This document shows, in pieces, positions 23,662 to 34,926 of a stretch of DNA of 64,000 nt. Location of the stretch: assembly GCA_963785725.1 (NCBI GenBank), contig CAWAWS010000017.1, forward strand, positions 64,001-128,000. Direction: 5' to 3'. How positions within the stretch are numbered: the first letter of the stretch is position 1; each line of letters starts with the position of its first letter. A model generated the notes under the pieces. The model saw nothing but the letters and a program-made list of their open reading frames with translations. It did not search any database and was not told where the DNA came from. The stretch comes from an uncultured delta proteobacterium (GTDB taxonomy: Bacteria; Myxococcota_A; Polyangia; Palsa-1104). Position numbers and translations under genes: made by a program.

Positions 23662-25054
23662 ATGCGGCCGGCTCCTCGCTTGCGGGCCATCGACGGTGGT
23701 CGATGGGCGCTCCTCCTCCTGGCGTTGGCTGCCAGCTGTACGCCGATCGAGCACGCCTTCTCGTGCCACGGCGACGACGCCACCTGCACCGGTCCCATCC
23801 TCGGCAAGTGCCAGCCGACCGGCTGGTGCAGCTTTCCCGACACGATGTGCCCGAGCGGTCAGCGCTACGGTGAGTTCGCCGGCGGTCACCTCGCCAACAG
23901 CCTGCGTCGGCGGCACCAACGACGGCGGCATCGGCGACGGCAGCGACGGCGGCGGCACCTCCTGTCCGCTCGGCGACGCCTGCTGCAGCGGCATGACCTG
24001 CGCCGCGCCGTTGACGTGCAATGCAGGCAACGTCTGCGCAGGCTGCGTCATCGCCATCGCGCTCGGCGACAACCACGGCTGCGCGCTCGAGGCCGACGGC
24101 ACCGTCTGGTGCTGGGGCAACAACGACCACGGCCAGCTCGGCGACGGCACGACGACGACGCGTCCGGCCGCCGTGCAGGTCGTCGACAATCACGGCGACG
24201 CGCTCACCGGCTTCGTCGCCATCACCGCCGGCGCCAACCACACGTGCGGCCTCATGACCAACGGCGTCGCGCTGTGCTGGGGCGACGGCACCAACGGTCA
24301 GCTCGGCGTCGGCACCAACCTCGCCGTCAACGGTGTGCCCGCGGCCGTCGGCATTCAGCCGATCGGCTCCATCGCCGCCGGCGGCCAGCACACGTGCGCG
24401 TCGATCGGCACCGGCGGCGGCACGGGCGCCTTCCTCGTCTGGTGCTGGGGCGCCAACGATGCCGGGCAGCTGGCGTCGCCGAGCAACCCGTCGGGCAAGA
24501 ACATGCCCGTCGCCGCCGTCGACAAAGCGGGCGTGCAGCTGCTCGGCACGATGCTCTCGGGCGGTCTCAGCCACACCTGCATCCTCAAGATGGACGGCAC
24601 GACGTGGTGCTGGGGATCCGACACGATGGGCGAGCTCGGCGACGGCGCCTCCGCGGCATCGAGCCCGCCGGTGCAGGTCGCGGCCATCGGCACGCACGCT
24701 CGCGCGCTCGCCGCCGGCAGCCACTTCACGTGCGCGCTCCGCGACGACGGCACCGTCGACTGCTTCGGCCAGAACGATCGCGCGCAGTCGGGGCAGCCCG
24801 ACAGCGCCACGCCCGTCGACGTCGCCACCTCGGTCGGCTTGGCGGGCGCGACGTCGGTCGCCGCCGGCGCGACGCTCGGCTGCGCGCGCCTGACGGGCGC
24901 GACGCTCGACTGCTGGGGTAACGACGCCACCGTCGGCGCGGTCAAGACCAGCGGCGCCGCCGGTGCCGTCGCCGTCGGCGCCAACGATCGCTGCCAGGCG
25001 CGCGCCGACGGCGTCGACTGCGTCGTCGCCAACCCGCGCCTCAGCTGCCCCTGA
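23662..25054 (+). CDS. Cys-rich lipoprotein with RCC1-like repeats (frameshift near 23900)
   Basis: Lipobox LAASC, Cys-rich N-terminus, repeated HTC...VWCWGxNxxGQLG units. Confidence 0.85.
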
Positions 25055-25073
25055 TCGCAGTCGCGCTAGGTGT

Positions 25074-25793
25074 TCAACGACGGCGCGAGACCGCGACGAA
25101 GCGGCCGATGGCGCCGACGACGAGCGCGCCGCCGACGCTGACGCAGATGATGCCGGCGATGCGCTCGTTGCCGTAAGCGTCGGCGCTGCCGCCGTGCGCG
25201 GCGAATTGGCCGTACTGCGTCGCGTCGGCGAGCGAGCGCGCGCCCGCTTCGCCGATGCCCCACAACGCCGCGCCGGCGCCGGCCACCGCCACGCCGACGG
25301 CGCCGAGCGCGATTCCGGCGCGATCGCGATACCACGGCGGCGCCGGCGGCAATGGCCGTTCGATCGATGCGGGCGCAGTCGTCGTCGTCGCGGGCGTCGT
25401 CGCGGCAGCTTCAGGCGACGTCTGCGGCGCGGTCAGTCCAGGCGCGACCGTCTCCGGCGCGATCGACGCCAGCAGCTCCTCGCAGCGCGCGAGATTCTGC
25501 CGCGCCGGCGCCGCCGCGCGCTCGCCCGGCGACGTGCGCAAGAACGCGCGATAGCTGGCGACGGCGCCGCGGCAATCGCCGTTCATGCGCTGGGCCTGCG
25601 CCAACGCGTACAAGAATTCGGCGCGTGGCTCGAGCTCGTAACCGCGCTGGAAGCTGGCGATCGCCTCCGGATAATGGCCGACGGCATAGCTGCGCAGCCC
25701 GCGTTCCAGCAGCGTCTCGGCCGGCGACGCCAGCGCCGTCGCGCTCAGCAACAGCACGCACAGGAGGGTGATGACGTTCGTCGGCTTCGTCAT
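25074..25793 (-). CDS. TPR-domain protein with C-terminal membrane helices
   Basis: Signal peptide, GHYPEAIASFQRGYELEP, PPWYRD then hydrophobic helices. Confidence 0.8.
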   Translation of the reverse strand: MTKPTNVITLLCVLLLSATALASPAETLLERGLRSYAVGHYPEAIASFQRGYELEPRAEFLYALAQAQRMNGDCRGAVASYRAFLRTSPGERAAAPARQNLARCEELLASIAPETVAPGLTAPQTSPEAAATTPATTTTAPASIERPLPPAPPWYRDRAGIALGAVGVAVAGAGAALWGIGEAGARSLADATQYGQFAAHGGSADAYGNERIAGIICVSVGGALVVGAIGRFVAVSRRR

Positions 25794-25811
25794 GCGGCTC
25801 GCCTACGACAT

Positions 25812-27343
25812 TTAGCGCGGCGGCAGCGGCGCGTCGAGATCGACGGCCGATTTACCCGATTTACCCGGCGGACGCGTCACCGGCTTGCCATGCGCCGCGT
25901 GCGACACATGATGCTTGTTCGCCCGCTGATTCGTCGTCGGCTTCGGCGCGTGAATCACCGTCGTCGTCGGCGTGGCTTCGGCCGGCTCGTCATTCGTCGG
26001 CGTCGCCGGCGCGTCGACGGTCGGCGCAGTGCTCGGCGTAATCGTTGGCGCCGTAGGCGTGGCGACGGGCGCGGACGGCGTCGGCGTCGACTCGCGTTCG
26101 CGCGTGCGCGCCGCCTTCGACGCGCGATGCAGCTGCCACGCCGCGCCGCCGCCCGCGGCCACCGTCAACAAGCCGACGACCAGCGGAATCGTCCCTCGCC
26201 GCGAACGCCGCGACGCGACGCGCGCCACCCGCGTATGCCGCCCTTGCGCCTCGTCGGCGCCGTCGCTGTCGCTGCTGACGACGGCGCCGATCGAGATCGA
26301 CGCGTACGCCTGCGAGAACACGCCGTCGAACACGGTGGCGCCGCCGAGATCGGCCTCGACCGGGACGAGCTTGGCGGCATCGTAGAGCGTGAACTTTTCG
26401 CTGTCGGCGACCTTGGCGGCGATGGGCGCGAACAGCTTGCGCAGATGCTTGCCCATGCCGACGCCCGACACCGCCAGGCGACTCTCGCGCGCGTAAGCTT
26501 CCAGCGCCAGCTGCAGCTCTTCCATCGTCGCGAAGCGGCCCTGTTTCTCGCGTCGCAGACCGCGCATCACGATCGCTTCCAGCTCCGGCGGACACTCGGG
26601 CCACACCAGCGACGGCTTGGGCGCGTCCGACTCGGCGATCGATTTCATGACGCCGAAGTCGCTGTTGCCGCCGTACAAGCGTCGGCCGGTCATCAGCTCC
26701 CACAGCAAAATCGCCACCGAAAACACGTCGCTGCGGCGATCGACCTCGTCGCCGCGACACTGCTCGGGCGACATGTATTGGATCTTGCCCTTGAGCGTGC
26801 CGTGGCGCGTCTCGGTCGTGCGCCGCTTGGCTTTGGCGACGCCGAAGTCGAACAGCTTGATGCCGCCGTCGAAGGTCACGGCCACGTTCTGCGGCGAGAC
26901 GTCGCGATGGACGATGCCGAGCGTGCGGCCCTCTTCGTCCTTCATTTCGTGCGCGTAGTGCAGCGCCGCCGCGACGCCGATCGTAATCAACAGCGCGTGC
27001 TCGATGGGCAGCTTCTCGCGGCGCGCTTGCAAGGCGCGGATGATCTCGCGGACGTCATGCCCGTCGAGATATTCCATCGCGTAGAACGGCAGCCCATCCG
27101 CCTCGCCGATGTCGTAGACCTGCACCAAGTTCGAGTGATGCATGCGCGCCGCCAGCCGCGCTTCGTCGAGGAACATGCCGACATAGTCGGCGTCGCGCGC
27201 GAGCTCCGGCAGCACGCGCTTGACGACCACCAGCTTCTCGAAACCTTGGATGCCCGAGGCGCGCGCGAGGAAGAGCTCGGCCATGCCGCCGCGAGCCAGC
27301 GGACGGACGACCCGATAGCGGCCGAGGCGCTCGGGCGTCGCGG

Positions 27344-27347
<4 letters not shown>
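25812..27347 (-). CDS. Membrane Ser/Thr protein kinase
   Basis: GTG overlaps the upstream stop; [35 protein letters not shown] helix, Pro/Thr-rich tail. Confidence 0.93.
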
Positions 27348-28648
<1,301 letters not shown>

Positions 28649-28728
28649 CTACGGATCGTACCCCGTTGGAGACGGTACGCCAATCGGTAAACGTGGGATT
28701 TTATGCTTACGACGATCCGCGTCAGACT

Positions 28729-29688
28729 TCAGATGATCGGTGCAACCTTGGAGTTTACGCCTGCGCCGGCGAAGGAGATCGGCTTGTTGGTCGTCGGGTC
28801 GTTGAAGGTGTTGAACAGCGTGCCGACGCCGGTCGTGGGATCGATGGTGATGACATCGCCGCTACCGTCATGCGTGAAGCCGAACACCTGGCCGAGCGCG
28901 AAAGCGGTGCCGTAGAGCTCGGGATAGCCGGTCCCCGAGCCCAGCTTGCTCATGACCTTGCCGGTCGTGGGATCGATCGTCGCCAGGATGTTGTTCTTGC
29001 TCGTCGCCGAGGCGCCGGTGTCGAGGATGGTGCCGAAGAGCATGCCGTTACCGATGCCGACGAGGTCGCCGGCCATCGCCAGCTTGCCGCTCGTGCCGGT
29101 GCCGGCGCCGAGCGAGCCGACGGTCGTCAAGACCGGCGGATTGGCGGTGATGTCGATCTGACAGAACGAGCCGTCGGCGCCGTCGGCGACCCACAGCTTG
29201 CCGTCGTCGGTGGTCGAGAGCGCGACGTTGTCGGTGCCGCAGGTGCTAATGGCGCTGACGAGCGTGACGTGGCCGTCGGTAGGATCGGCCGTGTACAGGT
29301 TCGTCTTCGACACGGTGTAGATCGTGTTGTCGGGCGCGACGGCGAGGTCGGTCATCGTGTCACTGCCGGGCGCGTTGAAGGGCCCGATCGTGACCAGCGT
29401 CTTGGTCATGAGGTTGATCGAGTAGAGCGTCGTGTTGCTGTGCGCGTAGACGGTGTAACAGGCGGCAGGATTGCTCGTGCAGTCGTTGGCGTTGAGGCCG
29501 CCGTCGCCGTTGTTGTTGCTGCCGCCGCCACCGCCGACGTCGCCCCCACCCGCGTCGCCGCCGCCGCCGGCCGTGCCGCCGCCGCCGGCGGTGCCGCCGC
29601 CGCTGCCGCCGCCGTGACCGGCGCCCTGAACCGAGCCGCAGCCGCCGAGGGCCATCATCAAACCGAACGCGAGCATCCGTTGCGCCAT
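28729..29688 (-). CDS. Lipoprotein with Gly-rich linker and probable beta-propeller
   Basis: Lipobox ALGGC; GGT/GGG low-complexity linker; repeated TIDPTTG units. Confidence 0.75.
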   Translation of the reverse strand: MAQRMLAFGLMMALGGCGSVQGAGHGGGSGGGTAGGGGTAGGGGDAGGGDVGGGGGSNNNGDGGLNANDCTSNPAACYTVYAHSNTTLYSINLMTKTLVTIGPFNAPGSDTMTDLAVAPDNTIYTVSKTNLYTADPTDGHVTLVSAISTCGTDNVALSTTDDGKLWVADGADGSFCQIDITANPPVLTTVGSLGAGTGTSGKLAMAGDLVGIGNGMLFGTILDTGASATSKNNILATIDPTTGKVMSKLGSGTGYPELYGTAFALGQVFGFTHDGSGDVITIDPTTGVGTLFNTFNDPTTNKPISFAGAGVNSKVAPII

Positions 29689-29773
29689 GGTGCGTGTCCC
29701 CTTTGCGTTGCTGATGTCGCGACGTGCCAAGATCCTTCAAAGAAGTCGTAACGCCGCGTGTTAACGTTTCGCC

Positions 29774-31138
29774 GTGCTCTCGCCCGATTCGTGGTCGCTG
29801 GCGATCGCGCTGGCCGTAACGCTCCTGACACTCGCGCTGGCTCGGGCCGATCGCGGCCTCGCGGTCGCGCTGGCGACGCTCGGCCGGCTCCTGACCACGG
29901 CGGGCGTCATCCTGCGCTACGGCGCGCTCGGCGTCCTGCGCAAGCTGCGCGGCGAGCGCGAGGTCGCTCCCGAGCTGTTGCGCCGCGCCTTCGAAGATCT
30001 AGGCCCGACCTACTTGAAGCTGGGGCAGCTCATCGCCTCGTCGCACGGCATGTTTCCGGAGGCCTATTGTCGCGAGCTGTCGAAGACGCTCGATCGCGTC
30101 AAGCCGTTCGCGTTCGCCGAAGTGGAGCGGACGATCGCCATCGAGCTGCGCGCCCAACCGGCCTTGCTGTTTCGCTCGCTCGACGAAAAGCCGCTGGCCT
30201 CGGCGTCGATCGCGCAAGTGCACGCCGCCACGCTCAGCGACGGCAGCCGCGTCGTCCTCAAGGTGCAGCGGCCGCACATCGAGCGGCGGGTCGCGGCCGA
30301 CATGCGCATCTTGCGCATCATCGCGCAGGCGATCGCGCTCATTCCGACGGCGGAGCTGGCCAATCCCGTCGGCATCATCGACGACTTCGACAAGACGCTC
30401 CGTGAAGAGCTCGACTTCCGCAAGGAGGCCGACAACATGGACGAGTTCAACGACATCATGCGCCGGCTCGGCCACGCCGACGTGCGCGCGCCGCGCGTCG
30501 TGCGCGCGCTGACGACGCGGCGGGTGATCACGATGGAGCGCTTCGTCGGCGTGCGCGTCGACGACGTGGCGGCCGTGCAGGCGCGCGCCGTCGACACCGA
30601 GGCGCAGCTCGTCCACGGCCTGCGCTGCTGGTTTCAGTGCATGATCTTGTACGGCTTTTTCCACGGCGACGTGCACGCCGGCAATCTGATGATGCTCGAC
30701 GACGGCACGCTCGGCTTCTTGGACTTCGGTATCATCGGTCGCTTCGACACGCGCACGCGCCAGCTGGTGACGCGCTATCTGATCGCGTTCGCGGCCGGCG
30801 ATTACGCGGCGCTCGTGCAGGTGATGATGTCGATGGGCTCGGTGGCCGGCCATGTCGACACCGCGGCCGTCGCCGCCGATCTGAAGCGCGCCTACGATCC
30901 CATCCTGACGACGAGCTTCGGTGAGCTCAATTACGCCGCCGTGCTGCCGGAGATCCTGCGCGTGTCCATCAAACATCGGATGCGTTTGCCGCGCGAGTTC
31001 GTGCTGGTCACGAAGCAGATGCTTTATTTCGACCGGTACGCGAAATTGCTAGCGCCGAAGCTCAACATTTTCTCCGATCCTCGCTTGATTGCTGCGATTT
31101 CGGAGGATGTGATGCGTTCGCAAATGGCCGCAATATAA
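29774..31138 (+). CDS. ABC1/AarF/UbiB-family atypical kinase
   Basis: LGPTYLKLGQ, PLASASIAQVH, VLKVQRP, EELDFRKEA, FFHGDVHAGN, LDFGIIG. Confidence 0.93.
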   Translation: MLSPDSWSLAIALAVTLLTLALARADRGLAVALATLGRLLTTAGVILRYGALGVLRKLRGEREVAPELLRRAFEDLGPTYLKLGQLIASSHGMFPEAYCRELSKTLDRVKPFAFAEVERTIAIELRAQPALLFRSLDEKPLASASIAQVHAATLSDGSRVVLKVQRPHIERRVAADMRILRIIAQAIALIPTAELANPVGIIDDFDKTLREELDFRKEADNMDEFNDIMRRLGHADVRAPRVVRALTTRRVITMERFVGVRVDDVAAVQARAVDTEAQLVHGLRCWFQCMILYGFFHGDVHAGNLMMLDDGTLGFLDFGIIGRFDTRTRQLVTRYLIAFAAGDYAALVQVMMSMGSVAGHVDTAAVAADLKRAYDPILTTSFGELNYAAVLPEILRVSIKHRMRLPREFVLVTKQMLYFDRYAKLLAPKLNIFSDPRLIAAISEDVMRSQMAAI

Positions 31139-31229
31139 TCGGCATTTGTAAGCGTCCCTGCTAGACGGACAACTGCGCCGACTGATACGGTGGATGGACA
31201 GGGCGGGTTTTACTTGGGGGTCGGCGACA

Positions 31230-31790
31230 ATGCGCAGCGTTCAGGTGCAGTTCGCGTCGGGGCGAGAAGTCCTCAACAGCTACTGGGGCTTCCTCCGCAA
31301 CGGAGGCCTGGTGCTGGCTGAGCCGTGGGATCTGACCGAAGGCGACAGCGTCGTCCTCGACGTGCGGATCAAGTCGTTGAAGCGGAGCTACACCTTGGCG
31401 GCGCGCGTCGTCAAGCGGGCGCACGACGGGCAGCGTTCGTTCGTGGCCTTCGAAGCCGGGCAAGAGCAGGACATGATGCTCAACGCCGCGTGGGCCGACT
31501 CCCACGAAGTGCCGCAGCGCAAACATCGCCGCTATCCGTCGGGAAATCAGGTGCTGTACGCCAACGGTGGCGCCGAGACGCCGACGCACGCGGGGCAGAT
31601 TCTCGACGTCAGCCCCGGCGGCTGCAGGTTGCGCGGGCCGCATTTGGTGCCGGTCGGCGGTCGCATTCGCGTCATCGCGCTCGGCATCGAGCTCGACGGA
31701 CAAGTGCGCTGGACCGCCGGCGGACGCGAAATGGGCGTCGAGTTCCAGAAGCCGGCGATGGTCGTTCAAGCGCTGCTCGACACGCATTAG
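31230..31790 (+). CDS. Tandem PilZ-domain protein
   Basis: C-terminal domain has RKHRR (RxxxR) and DVSPGG (DxSxxG); N-terminal domain is a degenerate PilZ. Confidence 0.8.
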   Translation: MRSVQVQFASGREVLNSYWGFLRNGGLVLAEPWDLTEGDSVVLDVRIKSLKRSYTLAARVVKRAHDGQRSFVAFEAGQEQDMMLNAAWADSHEVPQRKHRRYPSGNQVLYANGGAETPTHAGQILDVSPGGCRLRGPHLVPVGGRIRVIALGIELDGQVRWTAGGREMGVEFQKPAMVVQALLDTH

Positions 31791-31850
31791 CCAGTCGCAA
31801 GTGTGATTCAGGCTCTCGATCGCGCGATCGTTTGGCGCGATGATGGCGTC

Positions 31851-32615
31851 ATGACCGCGCCGTGGTGGGAGTCGTTCTTCGACGATGATTATGCGCGGGT
31901 GTTCGACGCGTCGCTGACGCCGGCGCGCACCGCGCGCGAAGTGGAAGGGCTGCTGGCGCTGCTCGCCCCGCCGCCGAATGCGCGCATTCTCGACGCGCCG
32001 TGCGGTTACGGCCGCATCACGCGACCGCTGGCCGAGCGCGGCTTTCGCCTCGTCGGCGTCGATCGCGCGCGGCCTCTGCTCGATCGCGCCGAGCAGGCGC
32101 GCGGCGCGCTGACGACCGAGCAGCTGCGCTACGTGCACCAAGACTTGCGCACGCCGCTCGACGCAGGCGACTTCGATATCGCGCTCAACCTGTTCTCGTC
32201 GATCGGTTACGGCAGTGACGACGACGACCGCGCGGCGATGACGACGATCGCGCGCGCTCTCAAACCCGGCGGCAAGCTGCTCATCGACACCATGCATCGC
32301 GACGCCATCGCCGCCTTTTCGTCGCACGGCTTTCCGCCACCGGAACGCTTGCCCGACGGCACGATCTTCATGGAGCAGCCGCGCCTCGACGTCATCACCG
32401 GGCGCATCGAGAACAGCTGGTACTGGCAAGGTCCGAACGGCGGCGGCGCGAAGACCGCTTCGATTCGCATCTACACCATCGGCGAATTGATCGCGCTCGT
32501 CGAGCAGGCGGGCCTACGCTTCGTCTCGATTCATCGCGGCTGCTCGCCGGAGCCGTACGTCGCCAGCGGCTGGAACATGGGCGGCCGCGTCGGTCTCGTC
32601 GCTGAACGCCCTTGA
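31851..32615 (+). CDS. Class I SAM-dependent methyltransferase
   Basis: ILDAPCGYGR, LVGVD, FDIALNLFSSIGY, LKPGGKLLID. Confidence 0.9.
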   Translation: MTAPWWESFFDDDYARVFDASLTPARTAREVEGLLALLAPPPNARILDAPCGYGRITRPLAERGFRLVGVDRARPLLDRAEQARGALTTEQLRYVHQDLRTPLDAGDFDIALNLFSSIGYGSDDDDRAAMTTIARALKPGGKLLIDTMHRDAIAAFSSHGFPPPERLPDGTIFMEQPRLDVITGRIENSWYWQGPNGGGAKTASIRIYTIGELIALVEQAGLRFVSIHRGCSPEPYVASGWNMGGRVGLVAERP

Positions 32616-32843
32616 TCTGCTTCGCGCTCGCGCCGCTCGGCGACGGTTGAATCAGCAAAACCCGCGCAATGTCTGTCTCGCGAAAGCGACAATCCGCTAC
32701 GCCGAGCGCGCGCTCATAGTGGAACGCGCACGCGTGGGCGCGGCTCGCACGCTTGATTTCAGCCGCTTACGTTGCCATTTGGTAAATTCATTAACTGTTT
32801 GGTTTTAGTTTATTTCGAATAGGTTAAATCGAACGCGACTATC

Positions 32844-32871
32844 TTGACGCCGTGCGCCAATCGGGTATGAT
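32844..32871 (+). promoter_or_regulatory. Sigma70 promoter of the ilv-leu operon
   Basis: TTGACG (32844-49)-16 bp-TATGAT (32866-71), preceded by an AT-rich tract (~32775-32830). Confidence 0.6.
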
Positions 32872-32878
32872 TCATCGC

Positions 32879-33004
32879 GTGACGCTGGCTGGCTTCCTCG
32901 GTCATTCGCTTCTTCCCGTCGCTGACCGCGACGGTGCCGGCGTACTCATTATTGGGCTCGTACTTATTGGCCTCATCGAGGCCGAGAGCGGGCTGCCGAT
33001 CTGA
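32879..33004 (+). CDS. ilv/leu operon leader peptide (attenuator), 41 aa
   Basis: MTLAGFLGHSLLPVADRDGAGVLIIGLVLIGLIEAESGLPI*; Val/Leu/Ile run uses AT-ending codons GTA, ATT, CTT; alternative in-frame ATG at 32867. Confidence 0.75.
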   Translation: MTLAGFLGHSLLPVADRDGAGVLIIGLVLIGLIEAESGLPI

Positions 33005-33025
33005 ATCCCTGAGTAACGGAATTCG

Positions 33026-33063
33026 GCCCCCGCCCCGGAAAACGGAGCGGGGGCTTTTTTTTT
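33026..33063 (+). terminator. Attenuator terminator upstream of ilvD
   Basis: GCCCCCGC-C-CCG GAAAA CGG-A-GCGGGGGC followed by T9. Confidence 0.88.
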
Positions 33064-33097
33064 GGTCGAGAGGCCAAAGCCAGGAGGAGGTCACAGG

Positions 33098-34744
33098 GTG
33101 CGCAGCGACGCGATCAAGAAGGGGCTCTCGAGGGCGCCGGCGCGGGCGATGTTGCGAGCGACCGGGATGGGCGACGACGAGCTGGCGCGGCCGCTCATCG
33201 CCGTCGTCGACACCTGGACCGACGTGATGCCGTGCAATCTGCATCTGCGGCAGCTCGCCGAGGCGGTGTGCGCGGGCATTCGCGCGGCGGGCGCGACGCC
33301 GGTGCAGTTCAACACCATCGCCGTGTCCGACGGCATCGCGATGGGCACGCCGGGCATGGCGGCGTCGCTGATCTCGCGCGAGGTCATCGCCGACAGCATC
33401 GAGCTGGTCGCGCTCGGCCATATGGTCGACGGCGTCGTGGCGCTCGTCGGCTGCGACAAGACGATTCCCGCGGGCGCGATGGCGCTGGCGCGGCTCGATC
33501 TGCCCGGCCTCGTGCTCTACGGCGGCGCGATTCAGCCCGGTCGCCACGACGGTCGCGACGTGACGATCCTGGACGTGTTCGAAGCGGTCGGCGCCTGCGC
33601 GGCCGGCAAGCTCGACGAAGCCTCGCTCGATCGCTTGGAGCGCGCGGCCTGTCCCGGCGCCGGCGCCTGCGGCGGGCAGTTCACGGCGAACACGATGGCG
33701 ACGGCGATGACGATGATGGGCCTGTCGCCGATGGGCGCCAACGAAGTGCCCGCGCTCGATCCGGCCAAAGGCGACGTCGCGCATCGCGCCGGCGCGCTCG
33801 TCGTCGACCTCGTCAAAGCGGGCACGAGCGCGCGCACGTTCATCACGCGGGCGTCGCTGGAGAACGCCATCGCCTCGGCGGCGGCGACGGGCGGCTCGAC
33901 CAACGCCGTCTTGCATCTGTTCGCGATCGCGCGGGAAGCGGAGATCGAGCTGAACATCGACGAGCTCGACGTCATCGCCGCGCGCACGCCGGTGCTGGCC
34001 GATCTGAAGCCGGGCGGCGCCTACAACGCGGTCGATATGCACAAAGCGGGCGGCGTGGCGCTGCTGACGCGCGAGCTCTTGGCGGCCAAGCTGCTGCATG
34101 ACCTGCCGACGGTGTCGGGCAAGTCGCTGAGCGCCGAAGCGGCGGCGGCGCGCGTCTCGGCCGACCAGCGCGTCGTCTTGCCGCTGGCCAAGCCGAAGGC
34201 GGCGCGCGGCGGCTTCGCGATTCTGCGCGGCTCGCTGGCGCCCGAAGGCTGCGTCGTCAAGCTGTCGGGCCACGATCGCGACGGTCACGTCGGGCCGGCG
34301 CGCGTCTTCGACGGCGAAGAGGCGTGCTTCGCGGCGGTGCAGGCGGGCGCGATTCAGAAGGGCGACGTCGTCGTCATTCGCGGCGAAGGTCCCGTCGGCG
34401 GTCCGGGGATGCCGGAGATGCTGGGCGTCACCGCGGCGTTGGTCGGGCGCGGGCTCGGCGACGACGTGGCGCTCGTGACCGACGGGCGCTTCTCGGGCGC
34501 GACGCACGGCTTCATGGTCGGCCACGTCGCGCCGGAAGCCGCGACCGGCGGCCCGATCGCGTTCGTCCGCGACGGCGACATCGTGCGCATCGACGTCAAA
34601 GGCAGGCGCATCGACGTCGAGGCCGATCTCGAGGCGCGGAAAGCGGGCTGGAGCGCGCCGGTGAACAAGCTGCGCGGCGTGCTCGGAAAATACACGGCCA
34701 CGGTCCAATCGGCGTCGCAGGGCGCTGTCACGACAAGGAGATAG
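33098..34744 (+). CDS. ilvD: Dihydroxy-acid dehydratase
   Basis: [63 protein letters not shown]. Confidence 0.97.
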   Translation: MRSDAIKKGLSRAPARAMLRATGMGDDELARPLIAVVDTWTDVMPCNLHLRQLAEAVCAGIRAAGATPVQFNTIAVSDGIAMGTPGMAASLISREVIADSIELVALGHMVDGVVALVGCDKTIPAGAMALARLDLPGLVLYGGAIQPGRHDGRDVTILDVFEAVGACAAGKLDEASLDRLERAACPGAGACGGQFTANTMATAMTMMGLSPMGANEVPALDPAKGDVAHRAGALVVDLVKAGTSARTFITRASLENAIASAAATGGSTNAVLHLFAIAREAEIELNIDELDVIAARTPVLADLKPGGAYNAVDMHKAGGVALLTRELLAAKLLHDLPTVSGKSLSAEAAAARVSADQRVVLPLAKPKAARGGFAILRGSLAPEGCVVKLSGHDRDGHVGPARVFDGEEACFAAVQAGAIQKGDVVVIRGEGPVGGPGMPEMLGVTAALVGRGLGDDVALVTDGRFSGATHGFMVGHVAPEAATGGPIAFVRDGDIVRIDVKGRRIDVEADLEARKAGWSAPVNKLRGVLGKYTATVQSASQGAVTTRR

Positions 34745-34749
34745 ACGCG

Positions 34750-34923
34750 ATGGTCATCAAACGCCTACGCCAACTAGAGGCTCCGACGGCACCGCAGACG
34801 CGCTCGCACGATGAATTCTCGGCGCCGCTGGCCTACGCGCCCGAGGACGAGCTGCGCGCCGAGGTCGAGGTCATGCCGCTCGGTGGCTGCGACTTCGAGC
34901 ACTGTCTAAGGATGCGAGAGTAA
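34750..34923 (+). CDS. Small hypothetical protein (57 aa) inside the ilv operon
   Basis: RBS AAGGAG 34735-40; fills the ilvD-ilvB gap (5 and 3 nt spacers); MVIKRLRQ...EVMPLGGCDFEHCLRMRE. Confidence 0.65.
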   Translation: MVIKRLRQLEAPTAPQTRSHDEFSAPLAYAPEDELRAEVEVMPLGGCDFEHCLRMRE

Positions 34924-34926
34924 ACG

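Noticed and set aside
29510..29620. GCC/GGC microsatellite-like tracts (also 50085-50165 and 13900-13985)
   Set aside because: They encode Gly/Ala-rich protein linkers.
29710..29730. Sigma54 promoter for the propeller lipoprotein (TTGGCACG on the minus strand)
   Set aside because: Good -24 element, but the -12 position reads CA, not GC.
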